A DNA stretch of 64,000 nt, from positions 27,032,001 through 27,096,000 of the forward strand of contig OZ024753.1 in assembly GCA_964016885.1 (NCBI GenBank), given 5' to 3'. The position numbers were made by a program, and so were the translations under genes. The notes below the pieces were generated by a model. That model had not been told where the DNA came from and made no database searches. It saw only the letters and a program-made list of their open reading frames with translations. This DNA comes from Eledone cirrhosa. Its lineage: Eukaryota. Below are positions 14,755 through 29,277 of the stretch, piece by piece (position 1 is the first letter of the stretch; each line of letters starts with the position of its first letter).

Positions 14755-15161
14755 ATAATATAAGATCAAAAGATGGTTAAAAGAGTTCCAAGTATTTTAT
14801 TATGCGCATTTCAAAAACAAATATCATCATGGGATGATATCTGCGTTCTTATCAGATAAAATAGGGAGACATGATATGAAGCTTAAAAAACACTTGTGAA
14901 TAGTGAAGTTTTAAATCAACATTCAACTTCACTATTCACAAGTGTTTTTTAAGCTTCATATCATCTCTCCCTATTTTCTCTGATGAGGACGCAGATATCA
15001 TCCCATAATGATATTTGTTTTTGAAATGCGCATAATATTATACTTGGAACTCTTTTAACCATCTTTTGATCTTATATTATTTATACTCCTACAAACTGTA
15101 GAGTGCTACTTATCCGATATTTGCATTGCTTTATTGTGCTACAATAAAACTCACCTCCTAC
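14755..15161. mobile_element. Fold-back hammerhead mini-element
   Basis: ~155-bp inverted arms (14755-14910 / 14925-15080), right arm extends to (TA)n; hammerheads at 14793-14863 (-, core CUGAUAA) and 14972-15042 (+). Confidence 0.8.
14972..15042 (+). ncRNA. Type I hammerhead ribozyme motif
   Basis: CUGAUGA ggacgcagauaucau-cccaua-augauauuuguuuuu GAAA ugcgca UA; palindromic stem III AUGCGCAU; stem I uauuuuau/auaaaaua is intact in the mirror arm. Confidence 0.75.
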
Positions 15162-15267
15162 ATATATATACATATATATACTTATATATACATATATATA
15201 TATATGTATATATTTATATATACATATAAATATGTATACATATATATATACATATATACATAGATAT

Positions 15268-15329
<62 letters not shown>

Positions 15330-15350
15330 ATATATATCTATATATATATA

Positions 15351-15425
<75 letters not shown>

Positions 15426-15738
15426 TAGCAGTTTAGCCCGGCGTAGCTCGGGTTTGTTCATTTGCTATGAAAAGTTACATACAGGTAAACGTGGTTTGAA
15501 AGCGAATAAGCTTATCAATTAAGTGCATAAAGCAGTTGAACCGGTCATTAAAAGTTACGAAGCAATAAGCATTTTGGTCAATCAATGATGGGTTAATAAT
15601 CCTCCAATAGCGAATTTAGTAGACCAAAGTTGCAAGATGGTGGCCCTGATGCCGCTGGGTGTCAGATCTGTCCGCCATGGGATACCCTACCAGGAAATAG
15701 TGTTCCAGACGGCATAGCTCCAACACCTGCACCAACAT

Positions 15739-16980
15739 CTATAGCACCTCTTTGTAGACGATATTGCGTGTCATCCCTTGAGGAGAGTAAGCAAAAAGTC
15801 CATTCCTGCTCCCTGCGCGGGAACAGGCAACATAAAGTTGGCCATGGGAGAAGCATGGCTCCTCCAAATGGATGCCCGCCACCGACAATGTTTGCCCTTG
15901 TGACTTGTTAATGGACATGGCAAAACATAGTCTCACCGGGAATTGGGATCGTCGTAAATCGAACGGGATATCTGACGCCGAGGGGAAAAGGTTCATCCTT
16001 GGAATGAAAACATTCTCCCCTCTTCCGCACCCCGTTACAATGGTGGCCTCAATCAAGTGGTTGTCAGTGACTTGACGACCATGCGAGTACCGTTGCACTG
16101 CTTTGGTGGACGCAAGTTCCTTATTAGCATAATGGGACAGCCAACCCTAAGCTTAATAATGTGAGGTGGGAGCCCTGGGGGCTCAAGGAGCTTTAATAAC
16201 TCAACCGGATAATTAACGATATCGTCGGGGTCTGATTTGAAGATGTGCTCTTTACCGAGAATCTTCTCAATCAGCTGCTCGTTAATAAAATTAACCATGG
16301 TATTTTTCGGAGCAAGGATGGCTCTTTCGCTGAGCCAATCGAGGTTTTTAAAGTTAGATGAGACATTAGGAAAAACTGCTTCCCAAAGGTCAGAAGGGCT
16401 CCTTACAATGTTGCACAGGGTGTCGATTGCTATGCCGCCCTTGTCATCCGCAGGGATCTTGCCCTCACCAAGTGCTAAAATGTTCTGTGCTGCAGACATG
16501 TTGTCACCATGCAAATGAGCACGCATATTTGTGCTCAGGTACAACATGGACGACTTAAGACAGGCACGCACTTCATCAGCTCTTGTCCATTTGGGGATGA
16601 CAGGCAGCGTTTTCCGAAAATCCCCTGATAGCAGAAGGGTTACGCCACCCATAGGAGCCGTAGAATCCCTAATGTCTTTCCGGGCCCTGTCCAATGCCTC
16701 AAGGGCACCCTTGTGTGCCATTGTGCACTCATCCCAAACAATGAGGCAACATCTTTTGAGAACCAGAGCTTTGTGTGAACTCTTGCTGATATTGCATGTT
16801 GGTGTCTCAGTTTTTACTAAATCCAAAGGGAGTTTAAAGGTTGAATGTGCTGTCCTGCCTCCCGGCAGCAAAGTAGCAGCGATCCCGGACGATGCAACGG
16901 ACAACGCAACTTTTTTCTCCTGACGAATCTGAGCGAGAATCAAATTCGTTACAAAAGTTTTTCCGGTACCCCCAGGAGCG
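15739..16980 (-). pseudogene. Helitron PIF1-family helicase, frameshifted near 16070
   Basis: APGGTGKTF, ASSGIAATLLPGGRTAHS, WDECTM, GDFRxTLP, FAMSINKSQGQT, HGQLYVACSR. Confidence 0.9.
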
Positions 16981-17007
16981 TTTTTTATTGGGGGATCCGG
17001 GTTTTTT

Positions 17008-17742
17008 TTATTTGGACCTTGAGGTATAACCAGTCAGTAGTTCCTTCAAAGGCTCTGGCGGTTCCGGAAGAGGGGGCAAGGTGACGTTACCGTTTAAGCA
17101 GCACATTGCAGGTGGCTCCCCAGCCCACTTTGTAGCATTGCAGAATTGGCAATTGAAGCGCATCTCGCCTATATTTATGTCAGAGCGCATCGAGTAATTA
17201 ACGTTTTGCTCATACTTGAAAGCCCGTAGGTGCCAGTAAGGGCTGTTGGGGCTCGTCACACCGCGTGCAGCTTCTCGTCGTCGACTGTTACGCTTGAACG
17301 TAGAACATTGGTCGTGTGGTTGGTGGGAAGGTCTGGCAGCAATAGCAGAAGCAACATTTGCAATGCTAATGGACCGCCCGTCTGCATCTTCAGAAGCCAT
17401 AGAAGTAGTCATAGCCGCAGCGTCCGTAGGAAGGCGAGCCGTCCGTTGTTTTAAACGTTCCAAAGACCTGGAAGCAGCATTAGTCGCAGCGTTTCTAGCC
17501 AGGCGCTTCGACCTTTGTTCACGGCTCTCTGAAGCCCTGGAAGAAGCCTGGTATGAAGCCATTTTGGCTAGGCGTGCGGTGCGCTGTTGGAAACTTTCAG
17601 CGGTTTGACATTCTGCTGAACGTAAGGCTGTCTGTGAAAGTCTTGAAGCATTTTCCTCAGAGGACTCGTTTGCTATAGTAGCCTTTTGCGCCACTGCTGA
17701 CGCGGTATGTCGACTGAGGCGACTTCTCTTTTTAGGTGGCAT
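17008..17742 (-). CDS. Helitron RepHel N-terminal fragment (basic repeats plus zinc finger)
   Basis: IGEMRFNCQFCNATKWAGEPPAMCCLNGNVTLPPLPEPPEPLKELL, typical Helitron CxxC...CC motif. Confidence 0.8.
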   Translation of the reverse strand: MPPKKRSRLSRHTASAVAQKATIANESSEENASRLSQTALRSAECQTAESFQQRTARLAKMASYQASSRASESREQRSKRLARNAATNAASRSLERLKQRTARLPTDAAAMTTSMASEDADGRSISIANVASAIAARPSHQPHDQCSTFKRNSRRREAARGVTSPNSPYWHLRAFKYEQNVNYSMRSDINIGEMRFNCQFCNATKWAGEPPAMCCLNGNVTLPPLPEPPEPLKELLTGYTSRSK

Positions 17743-18197
17743 TTTATGTCCAAAAGAAAGGGTGAAAGTTACTTCTACAGAAAAATTGACTTTGAAAGTC
17801 TACTGTCTGTTTATGAATATTGTTATTGTTGTTGTGATACAAATGTTAGTAAGTAAATGGATATCGAAAAATAAAGGGTGAAAGTTACTTCAACATAAAC
17901 ATTGACTTTGAAAGTATAAGGCTGATAATTGAATGTAAAAATATTGATAAGAAAGGCCCCCCCCCCCCCAAAAAAAAAATGTACAGGTATTTGTATGTAT
18001 GTGTGTATTTTTATGTCGAAAGGAAAGGGTTAAAGTTACTTCTACAGAAAAATATAGTTTGAAAGTGTAAGGCCGATGTGTGTGTAAATTAAGTGACAGG
18101 TATTTGTATGTATGTGTGTATATGTATGTATGTGTGTATGAAAGTGTAAGGCCGATGTGTGTGTAAATTAAGTGACAGGTATTTGTATGTATGTGTG

Positions 18198-18229
<32 letters not shown>

Positions 18230-18976
18230 TGTATGTATGTATGTATGTATGTATGTATGTATGTATGTATGTATGTATGTATGTATGTATGTATTAAAGG
18301 TTGAAAGTTACTTCAACATAAAAATTGACTTTGAAAGTATAAGGCTGATAATTAAATGTAAAAAGATTGATAAGAAAGGCCCCCCAAAATTTTTTACAGG
18401 TATTTGTATGTATGTGTGTATTTTTATGTCGAAAATAAAGGGTTAAAGTTACTTATACAGAAAAATTTAGTTTGAAAGTGTAAGGCCGATCTCTTTATCA
18501 TTATATGCTATTGTTATTTCTAAAACTAACTGTGTATGCGTTGATTGATTGAAATTCCCGCGTTCCTGTTTCTATGACGTCAATCGTAACCATACCAACA
18601 TATATGTGTGTGTATGCACCCACATATATGTGCGTATATGTTTTTTTTCAATGTTTCTCTTTTTCACAAACACTTATAAGAGAAGGTAGCAATTTTAAGG
18701 GGAGGTGATGAATGGGAGTAGATATAGGAAACGTATATCATATGAGAGAGGAGAAATCATCGATTGTTGAAATAAATCGATTTTTCCGTAATTGTGGCAT
18801 TTTTTAGCCAATAAGATCGCCATGACCCACGTTAGAATATTTGTAAACATTCTGCTTTATTATTCATTCAATATTTTTGGAATTGTGTAAATGTATAAAA
18901 TTGAAACATAAAAATCTGCCTTTTATAGATAATGATATATATATATATATATGTATACATACATACACATATATTT

Positions 18977-19015
<39 letters not shown>

Positions 19016-19403
19016 CTGTGTGTCTGGTGCGTTTCATATATGTATATAACAATTCAGGGATTGTACATATGTATATATTATCACTCACACCTGTTTATTT
19101 TGAGCAAATTAACCTGCTTAGTGGTTCGTGGGAGACACGTGTACATGTGTGTGTATGTGTGTGTGAATGTGTGTGTATGTGTACATGTGTGTGTGTACAT
19201 CTGAGTGCATGTGTGTGTGTGTATGTGTGCATATATGTGTGTATGTATGAGTATATGTGTGTGTGTATGTGTTTGTATATGTGTGTGTGTGCATGCGTGT
19301 ATATGTGTGTGTATGCGCATATATATGTGTATGTGTGTGTGTGTGTATATATATACATGTGTACTTCTGTGTACATGTGTGTGTATGTGTATGTGTGTAT
19401 ATA

Positions 19404-19436
<33 letters not shown>

Positions 19437-19626
19437 CTATATATATATGTGTACTTCTGTGTACATGTGTGTGTATGTGCGTATATGTGTATGTAGCTAT
19501 TTAGTATTACAAACGCAAGAATGACTACTCATTACCATAGTATTAACAGTAATCTACTACTCTGGTGTTTCTCCTGTGAGTTACAAATTCTTCAGACAGC
19601 AATCAACTATGACGGTACTAAATAAA

Positions 19627-19682
19627 CACTATACATATTTCAATAGTCTGGTTACGTAAGACCATAGCGGCATCATCAGGTG
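19627..19682 (-). ncRNA. Hammerhead-like motif
   Basis: cac CUGAUGA ...augguc..gacuau.. GAAA uaugua UA gug; base of stem II imperfect. Confidence 0.5.
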
Positions 19683-19933
19683 CAGATTGTTTAATTAGTT
19701 AATCAATAAAAGGAATTACGGCAAATAGAAACAGAAAAGAGAGAATATATTTGATTCGGAGGTAACACCGAATTTGATGTTATTGTTGCGGCAGACCGTC
19801 TCCAAATAACACAATTTATTCATTACGTAACCAGGGTTCTCTGCTCTCTGAGTTCAAATCCGGCCGAGGTCAACTTTGTTTTTCATACATACAAGGTTGA
19901 TAAAAAAAGTACCAGTCTGCTACTGGGGAAGAT

Positions 19934-19964
<31 letters not shown>

Positions 19965-20080
19965 CTTTAGAAGATATCTGCTGTATTCAGACCTGGAGAG
20001 AAAATGGGCTCCACCAGGTCTAAACAAAATGCCCTAGAAACGCCGTATGTCAATACAGCGACCCTAAAACACTCTCACCA

Positions 20081-20115
20081 TTTCCTGAAGAGGGCCTTAT
20101 GTCCGAAATATCAAA
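20081..20115 (+). ncRNA. Minimal hammerhead motif (family G)
   Basis: uuuc CUGAAGA gggccuuaugucc GAAA ua UC aaa; relatives at 25156-25190 (-), 27687-27721 (+), 63736-63769 (-). Confidence 0.55.
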
Positions 20116-21315
20116 CCCTCTCCTACTTCCTCCCAAGCGTGTTTTTGCCTCTCTGTGTTTGTGTTGTCATTTCTTGACACACACACACTGAGGGTCTTAT
20201 ATGTGATGTAAACCATATAAGTTAACCGGGTGAGAGAGAAAATACGTTATGTTCAACATAGAAGTATTTTATGAATGAAACATATTTCAAGGCGAACAGC
20301 GGTATGACCTCTCTATTCCCACCTCGATGAATGGTGGAGGAGGGGTAGGGGTAGGAGGATGAGGAAGAGAAGAAGAAGAAGAAGAAGAAGAAGAAGAAGA
20401 AGAAGAAGAAGAAGAAGAAGAAGAGTAGTTAGTAAATATCGCCATCAGCGATATTTAATAAATATCCGACCTTTCATAAAATACTCCTTCACCATCATCG
20501 CCACCACCATCATCTTCTTCAACACCAATACTGCTAACATTATCAAAAAGTACCAGTAATGTACTGGGTAATTGCTGGCCTTGTGCCTAAAGTAGAAACA
20601 ATTATCAATATAACCACTACACAGTAATGTACTGAGTAATTGCTGGCCTTGTGCCAAAAGTAGAAACAATTATCAATATAACCACCAGTAGTAATAGTCC
20701 TGTTAAAAATAGTAGCTAAATTCCCTTCAAATCACACCACACCATCTTAAAATACTTCAATAATGTGGTAAGAGCTAAACAAAGTGGTCATGGTTGGAAC
20801 GTCTGATTAATCAGGGTTGACGACATAACACCAATCATCGCTAGCAGCACCACCACCTCCACCACACTTACAATCACCTCCACCATACTTAGAATCACCG
20901 CCACTACCATTACAATCACCTCCACCATTATGGCTACCACCGCCGCCGCCATTACAATCATCACCCCCCCCCCCCCACTACTGTCACCACCAACATCAAA
21001 ATGACCGGCACCATCACCAACTCCGGCACTATTAACACAATGGCGAAAAATATGAATGGCAGTGAATATGTGGATGTCTGTGCGTATGAATGTATGTGTG
21101 TGTGTGTGCGTGTGTGTGTATGAGTGTGTGTGTATGTTTGCGTATTCGTGTGTGTATGAGTGTGTGTGTGTTTGCGCGCGCGCGTGTGTGTGTGAAGATA
21201 TGAAATATTCAGTTGTATTTCTTTCACCATTCTCCAGCTTTTTAATATGACAGACATAAAGAGAGTCTCTCACAGAAAGGGATATATGAATAGAAACACC
21301 CCTCACACATATACC

Positions 21316-21669
<354 letters not shown>

Positions 21670-21673
21670 GGGG

Positions 21674-21793
<120 letters not shown>

Positions 21794-21867
21794 TATATAA
21801 ATTTAGCGAGAATCGCATTTCCGCGGGCAGAAATTAGCGAAACGCAACTTCCATATATATATATATG

Positions 21868-21912
<45 letters not shown>

Positions 21913-21959
21913 GTATATACACACATATATACCCTAGAGAGAGAGGGAGAGAGAGAGTA

Positions 21960-22002
<43 letters not shown>

Positions 22003-22035
22003 TATACACACACACACATATATACCCTCTCTCTG

Positions 22036-22069
<34 letters not shown>

Positions 22070-22254
22070 TATATAAGTGTATATACATATACATATATAT
22101 ATAGAGAGAGAGAGAAGGAGAGAGAGAGAAAGAGGGCGAAAGAGAGAGTGAGAGAGAGACTTTGTGAAATCTACTAAACAGACTGCTTGATAGAAAAGAG
22201 AAAAACATAAATGTGGTAATGATGAAAGATTGATTGATGGCGACAACACGAAAA

Positions 22255-22530
22255 ACCACCACCACCACCACGACCACCACGACCACCAGCAACACCACTA
22301 CTACCATGTCCACCACCACCACCACCATCACCACCACCACGACCACCACCACCACCAGCAACACCACTACTACCATGTCCACCACCACCACCACCAGCAA
22401 CACCACTACTACCATGCCCACCACCACCACCACCACCACCACCACACCCGCCATCAGTACCACCACCACCACCACTACCATACCCTCCACCACCACTACC
22501 ACCACCACCATATCACAACAACAACAACTC
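22255..22530. repeat. (CAC)n low-complexity tract
   Basis: Degenerate CAC/CAT/TAC repeats; similar tracts at 20830-21030, 24150-24560, 46700-47120. Confidence 0.85.
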
Positions 22531-22763
22531 GAACATGAAAGGGAGAAAGAAATTAAGAGAAAACTGTTACGGAAATTAAGAGAAAACATATTAGATATAT
22601 TTGTTATTGAAGAAAATTATGCTTTAAAGAAAACACACCAAGACAACCCCAGCTTCGTTCGATCTCCTTACAAACTGATTTTATCAGTCTTTGAATCAAA
22701 CGATTTTTAAAAAAATGTGTTATGTTCTGTTATTGCTGTTGTTATCTCTCTCTCTCTCTCTTC

Positions 22764-22867
<104 letters not shown>

Positions 22868-24256
22868 CTGTGTATGTATATATATATCATATGTATATTT
22901 ATTAAATGTTTGTACACCTATACGTTTTGTGTGTGTGTGGTGTTTGTATATATATGCGTGTTTATGTATAAATATATATTTGTGTATATTAAGCACACAG
23001 ACAAATATATATGTATATTAGTGTATTGCTGTCTACGACAATTATTATATCTTCTGAATAGACTTCGTAGGGAAGCACAAAGGACAAAGTGACTAGAAAT
23101 GGGATGAAAGTGGGTAGGTTAAAACCAAAATTAGCTGAAATGCTTTGAACTGGTTTCTCAACCGGCGCAATTCAAGCGAAAACAGCCGATCGACACTGAA
23201 TATAAGACAAAGACAAGAAGCTTAGTTCATCTCAGGTAATAAAGAATATATGTTGAAGTTCAGTAGAGAAATAATAACTGCTTTTATCCATATTAGACAA
23301 GATAAGCACAGACGTGAATATTGAACGAAGTGATAAGGACACCGTCAACTGTTTTTGGGTGGTATTTGAATGGTTGAAGCAGACGATTGAATTGAATAAG
23401 CAATAAATATCTGGTAAAATTCTCATAATTCATTAGGTGCTAAGGGTCACCTACTGAAAAATTTATCTTCATTGACATCAAAGTTATGTGAGTTTGACGG
23501 CAAGCCATACCAAATGAAGGAAGTTGAATTAACTCATTAGAGTAAGCTAACGAAACACTTGTCAGACTTGCAGGGCTCTTTTAGCTGACATTACTCACCT
23601 TTGGCTTTGTAAAGTAGTAAAGTAAGTCTTTGAGAGCCAAGAACTTTGGCTATAGACACATCACAGCATAGAACCAACCACAGAATATAAACCACCGACC
23701 TTTAGACTGATAGTCTGATACTTATAATACATAAGCGGAATAAATTATTTTGCCATGAATTGTTTTCTAGTAAATAATATTTATATTTATATTTTTAACT
23801 GTTGGTCACTCAATAATAATCATTGATTGCTAGCTGACTTAATTATAGAAATATAAAAATATATACTAAAGCGAAAACCAACCCAAACCAAATAGTGAGT
23901 GTATTTTACTATATTTTTCTGGCAAATTTATAACAAATAATTCATATCATTCTGGCAACAAAGGTTTGACTTTGCTCTATTCGAAACGTTAGATTTCTCT
24001 TCTTTTTCTTTTCTCTGGCAAAATATTTTATTTCACATTGCGAACGTTTCCAATGGGGAGATTTTAAATAATGAAAACTATACCAATTTTCACAAGAGAA
24101 GACATCTCTCGTCTACCCCAGTAGGTGGGAGATCTCCCCATCTGACCCCTCCCCCACCACCACTACCACCACCACTATCACCACCACCATAACTACCACT
24201 ACCACCATAACTATCACCCCCACCATAACCACCACTATCACCAACACCATCACTAT

Positions 24257-24292
<36 letters not shown>

Positions 24293-25036
24293 CAATTCCA
24301 CTACTACTTCTTCCACCATCAACACTAACACCATCATCACCACTACCACCACCCCTATCATCACTACTACCACCACCATCACTCCCCCATCCCCAATACT
24401 ACCTCCAACACCATACCCACCACCACCTTCAACATCTCACCACTACCACAACAACCACCATCACCACCACCACCTTCAACACTTCACCACTACCACCACC
24501 ATGCCCACCACAACCATCTCAACGACCATGTCCACCACCACCACCATCACCATTAATACCACAGCTAGTGTAGAAAATTTGAATGGATGATTTTCTAGAG
24601 AGACGTATGGTTTAGGTTTAGGGAATGGTAATGTAAGTGAAAGTGGTAAGAGGAATGATTGTGTCAAAGATATTTGGATGAGATGTGAAGTGCTGGAAAT
24701 TATACGCGAGATTGCAGATCGCAAAAGACTTTTGATCCTTTTTAATTGATACGATTATTTTAACATTACATTTTTTTGTTCAACCCTGTTAGAGCCGCCA
24801 TTGATAGGCGTTAAAACCGTTCATATCAAATCTAGCAGTAATCATCTCACTAGATCGGCACAGCACTGCGCAGGCGCACATCTGGCTGGATAGCTATGTA
24901 TGCGGGTGTATTTCTGTATATTTGATCATTTGTGTATATATACGTGACTTCCTCAGTTTGTGTTTGTGCCCTTTGTATATCTGCATAAAAAAAAATTATA
25001 TATCTTTATCCAAATAGCCATGTGTGTGAGTTTGTG

Positions 25037-25076
<40 letters not shown>

Positions 25077-25787
25077 TTGTGTGCGTGTGTGTAGTTGAAA
25101 ATGAACAAACAAAACAGAGTTATATTAGGTTCACGCTTGATGGAAGTAAGGAGGTTACGACGTTTCGGACAGAAGTCCTTCACCAGAAAAGTTCGGATAC
25201 GGGGAGAACAGAAACTCCTAGGAAGGTTAAGGAGGGAAGTTAAAAAGTAAAAAATAGAAAATGGAAATTAGAAAGTAAAGATGTGTGTGTCGCAGTGGTT
25301 TACATCTGCATATAGATCCCAGTCTGCAGAGAAACAATAAACCCAATATTTTAAAGAATCAAGACGGGAAAGATGTAGTACCCCCACCGCTAAAAAAAGA
25401 AAGAAAGAAAACAAAATAAAAATGAAAAAGAAAAAAAAGAAAAACTGAAAAAAAAAACAAAAAAACCCCAGACCAGTAAAGATCAACCGTTTATGTCGCT
25501 GATAAAAGACTAATTTTTCAGAATTTGTCAGCAGGTTGCCCGACCAACTTAAAAGATAAGACGGGTCACTTACGAAGTGTAGGAACGATAAGCTCTCTCA
25601 ATACCAACGTCAATAGATACCCACCTCACAGACACACTCCTGAAGCCACCCAACCATTCGTAAATTTATTTTGCTCCGCCATCCACAAACGCCTCTTCTT
25701 AAATCATGTCTTTCTTTTTGGGGGTATGTGTGTCTGTATTTGTAGATGATGGCAGTAGTTGTTTGAGAGAGGGAGAGAGAGAGAGAT

Positions 25788-25842
<55 letters not shown>

Positions 25843-26518
25843 AATAATGTATGAAAGCGCATATATGTGAAAGAAGGGAATGAATAATAGTGAAAGAAAA
25901 AGAGAATGAGAGGGAGGTGCGAGAGAAAGAAGAGATGGTGAAGAATGCAAGTGTATGAGCCAGAAGAGTGTATGTGAGAATGTGAGGAAGAACAAGCGAC
26001 AATTAGGGATAAGTAAGGGGATGGAGAGAAGAAAAAGGGTGGGGGAGAAAAACAAAACAAAACAAACATGAAAGAAATAAGGAAGAAAGGCAGACCCCCC
26101 CCCCCCCCCAACAAAAAAAATGATACAATAAAAAAGTAAGGAAAAAAGAATAAAAATGTAAAGATAAAGTAAGATTAGAACAACCGGAAGTTCACCGAAC
26201 GATAGAAGAGTGGGGGTGAGGGTTAAGATTTGTCTTCTGCGTGTTTCAGTTGCAGTGGCTTGCAAAGGAGAATGGGTGTGAGGCGAGCGAATAATTTCTT
26301 ATATTAGTGAAATCCGACAAACGATTTCTATTCAGATAATTCCTAATGAAAATGTTTTGGCCTTAATCTGTAAGATGGCTGCCAATCACGTCGTTAAAAG
26401 GCTCACAATGTAGCATCCAGTGATATAATGGTGCAGATAATATGGACGTTACTTATACGCTGATTAATCACTATTAAAACAATAATTTGCACCAACATTA
26501 CGGATTTGTGCAACAAAG

Positions 26519-26601
<83 letters not shown>

Positions 26602-26734
26602 TATAAACGAATAAATAGAATAAAATAAATAGAAAATGAAAGCAAAATATGCGAAAACAAAATAAGAACAGAATAAAAAGAATATTTTTCATTTGTGTTA
26701 ATTTTCTTTCTTCCTTTTTTTCCTTTCGACCTGG

Positions 26735-27030
26735 TGTTTTAAAGGGAGATTTGGCTGTTGTTTCTAGTAGGATAAAAGATCCATTAAAGGTTCAGGTGAG
26801 TGATGGTAAAATGGACCTCCGTCGGTTTCAATAACGAGTATTCCAGTTGTTCGATCAATGGAACAGGCTATTCATGAAATGGTGAAATCCAACAAACGAT
26901 TTCAGACGTGAAGGTGGCTGAGCATTCCACAGACACGTGCATCCTTAATGCAATTCTCAGGGAGATTCAACATAACTCAGTAACAAGGCTGGCCTTTTAA
27001 ATTAGAGGTACAAGTCATCCGACTGGCTTC
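26735..27030 (+). mobile_element. SINE-like interspersed repeat remnant
   Basis: tggctgagcattccacagacacg...ttctcagggagattca...acaaggctggcc resembles octopus-type repeats I recall; not verifiable here. Confidence 0.4.
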
Positions 27031-27059
27031 CAAACGGTTTCCTTCTAAATTTCCCTAAC

Positions 27060-27206
27060 ACGGCGAGCACAAACAGAGAATAGAGGATAGATTTAGTTCA
27101 GGGATGGCCTCCCAATTTGGGGGAGGTTTGTCCTTACAATAACACTGAATTAGGAAGCCATCTCCAAACCAACTCTATCCTCTAGTTTCTGCTTGTGTTC
27201 GCCGTA
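27060..27206. repeat. Diverged fold-back hairpin (~58-bp arms)
   Basis: acggcgagcacaaacagagaatagaggataga... versus ...tctatcctctagtttctgcttgtgttcgccgt. Confidence 0.7.
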
Positions 27207-27686
27207 ATCCTGTTATCTTATATAACTAATTCTGTAATATATATCATACATAAACATATACACACATACACTCACAAAAAACTACAATAAAGTACATAAA
27301 CACACACACACACGTACATGTTCACACATGCACACATAAAAAGCACAGGATTCACAGACACACTTGTGTATACAAACATACACAAACAATACAAAAAGCT
27401 CACAGATACACACGTGTATACACACACACACACATATAGACATACACACAGACGCGCACTTCCATCACCAATACCCCCCTCCCCCATACACCCACACGCA
27501 GAAGCAATAATCTACACCTTGAAATGCACTCCATCTGCACACACATAATAACACCCATGACATACCTGAAGTCTTCACCTCGGTCCCCACTACCGAATGC
27601 CGAACTACTCACCTACCATCCCCAGCCTTCTTAAAACTTTTTTTCCGAAATTCCAAACTTTTCTCTCTCTCTCTCCGAAATCTCCA

Positions 27687-27721
27687 TTTCCTGAAGAAGG
27701 ACTTATAGCCGAAACGTCAAA
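27687..27721 (+). ncRNA. Minimal hammerhead motif (family G)
   Basis: uuuc CUGAAGA aggacuuauagcc GAAA cg UC aaa; palindromic ACGU stem III, GUC site. Confidence 0.6.
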
Positions 27722-27821
27722 CCCTACTTCCGCTTAAGCGTGATACTAATAAAACTTTGTGTTTTCGCATCTTTGTGTTTGTCTTTTCACTTTTTGAACT
27801 ATATATATATATATATATACA

Positions 27822-28295
27822 TTTGAGCTGACTTTTGGGATGCTCCCATACAGCTCTGAGTTTTTCATCCTCAGTGTATACTGATTAATGTTCAGAGCCA
27901 TCCTCAGCATTCTCGTGTAGCACCCATCCACCATCTGAGTGAGTTTCTTGGTCAGTGTCCAAGTCTCAGACCCATACAGCAGCACAGACTCCACTACAGC
28001 AATGAAGAGGCGGATTTTCAGGTCTTTACGAAGGTCCGACTTTCACACCGATCTCAGAGGAGACTGAGGTTGGCTGGACATGCTCACCGACATCCAGAGT
28101 TGACATTGCACTCAGTGCTCCTTTGGGAGCCCCTACATGGACACACTAGAAGAGGAAGACCAAGGTTAACGTATGTTGATGCCCTAAGGACAGACACTGA
28201 TCTGTTGGAGACACAGAACATGGCAGCGATAATGAGGGACAGAGACCGCTGGAGAGAACTCGTCCATGGATCTCGGGAATTTTACCCGCCTTAGA
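27822..28295. mobile_element. RTE-type LINE with 5' inversion
   Basis: 27822-28055 (-) encodes VESVLLYGSETWTL...KVSS; 28056-28295 (+) continues QRRLRLAGH...EFYPP*. Confidence 0.85.
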
Positions 28296-28320
28296 ATAGA
28301 ATATATATACATATATACAC

Positions 28321-28358
<38 letters not shown>

Positions 28359-28525
28359 ATATATACATATATATATACATACATGTATATATATATATAT
28401 ATATAATATATACATATATATATACATACATGTATATATATATATATATAATATATATATAATATATACATATATACACATGTATATATATATATATATA
28501 AAATATATACTTACATATTACATAT

Positions 28526-28590
<65 letters not shown>

Positions 28591-28755
28591 TATAAATATA
28601 TATATATATACACATGTATATATATATATACACATGTATATATATAAATATATATATATATACACATGTATATATATATATACACATGTATATATATATA
28701 AAATATATACTTACATATTACATATATACATGTATATATATATATATATATATAC

Positions 28756-28946
<191 letters not shown>

Positions 28947-28954
28947 ATATATAC

Positions 28955-28985
<31 letters not shown>

Positions 28986-29039
28986 ATATATACATATATA
29001 TACTTGTATATATAATATGTATATAATATACACATATAT

Positions 29040-29143
<104 letters not shown>

Positions 29144-29277
29144 TATATATATATATATTATAATAAAATGACAGGAGGCTGGACTTGTGTAAATCCTTGA
29201 AAGGTTTATTATACTATGATTATTTCAATGACCTGATTCCGTATGAATCCGGTGATATCATCATGATATATATATAT

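Larger units (their letters stand above)
15425..18935 (-). mobile_element. Helitron, internally deleted (no Rep/HUH domain)
   Basis: 3' end: GC hairpin cccgagctacgccggg, then CTAG followed by T (15425); 5' A|TC at 18929 or 18935; Zn-finger and PIF1 helicase ORFs; internal duplications 17750-18490 and (GTAT)n. Confidence 0.9.

Noticed and set aside
22234-22710. 158-aa Thr-rich, mucin-like ORF
   Set aside because: Driven by a (CAC)n tract open in several frames on both strands; no domain or splice evidence
23040-23700. Possible decayed transposase
   Set aside because: No recognisable motif in any frame
25522-25660. Possible host exon (ttttcag acceptor on +; GTAAGTG donor on - at ~25573)
   Set aside because: Signals on the two strands conflict and the peptide is unrecognisable; needs RNA-seq
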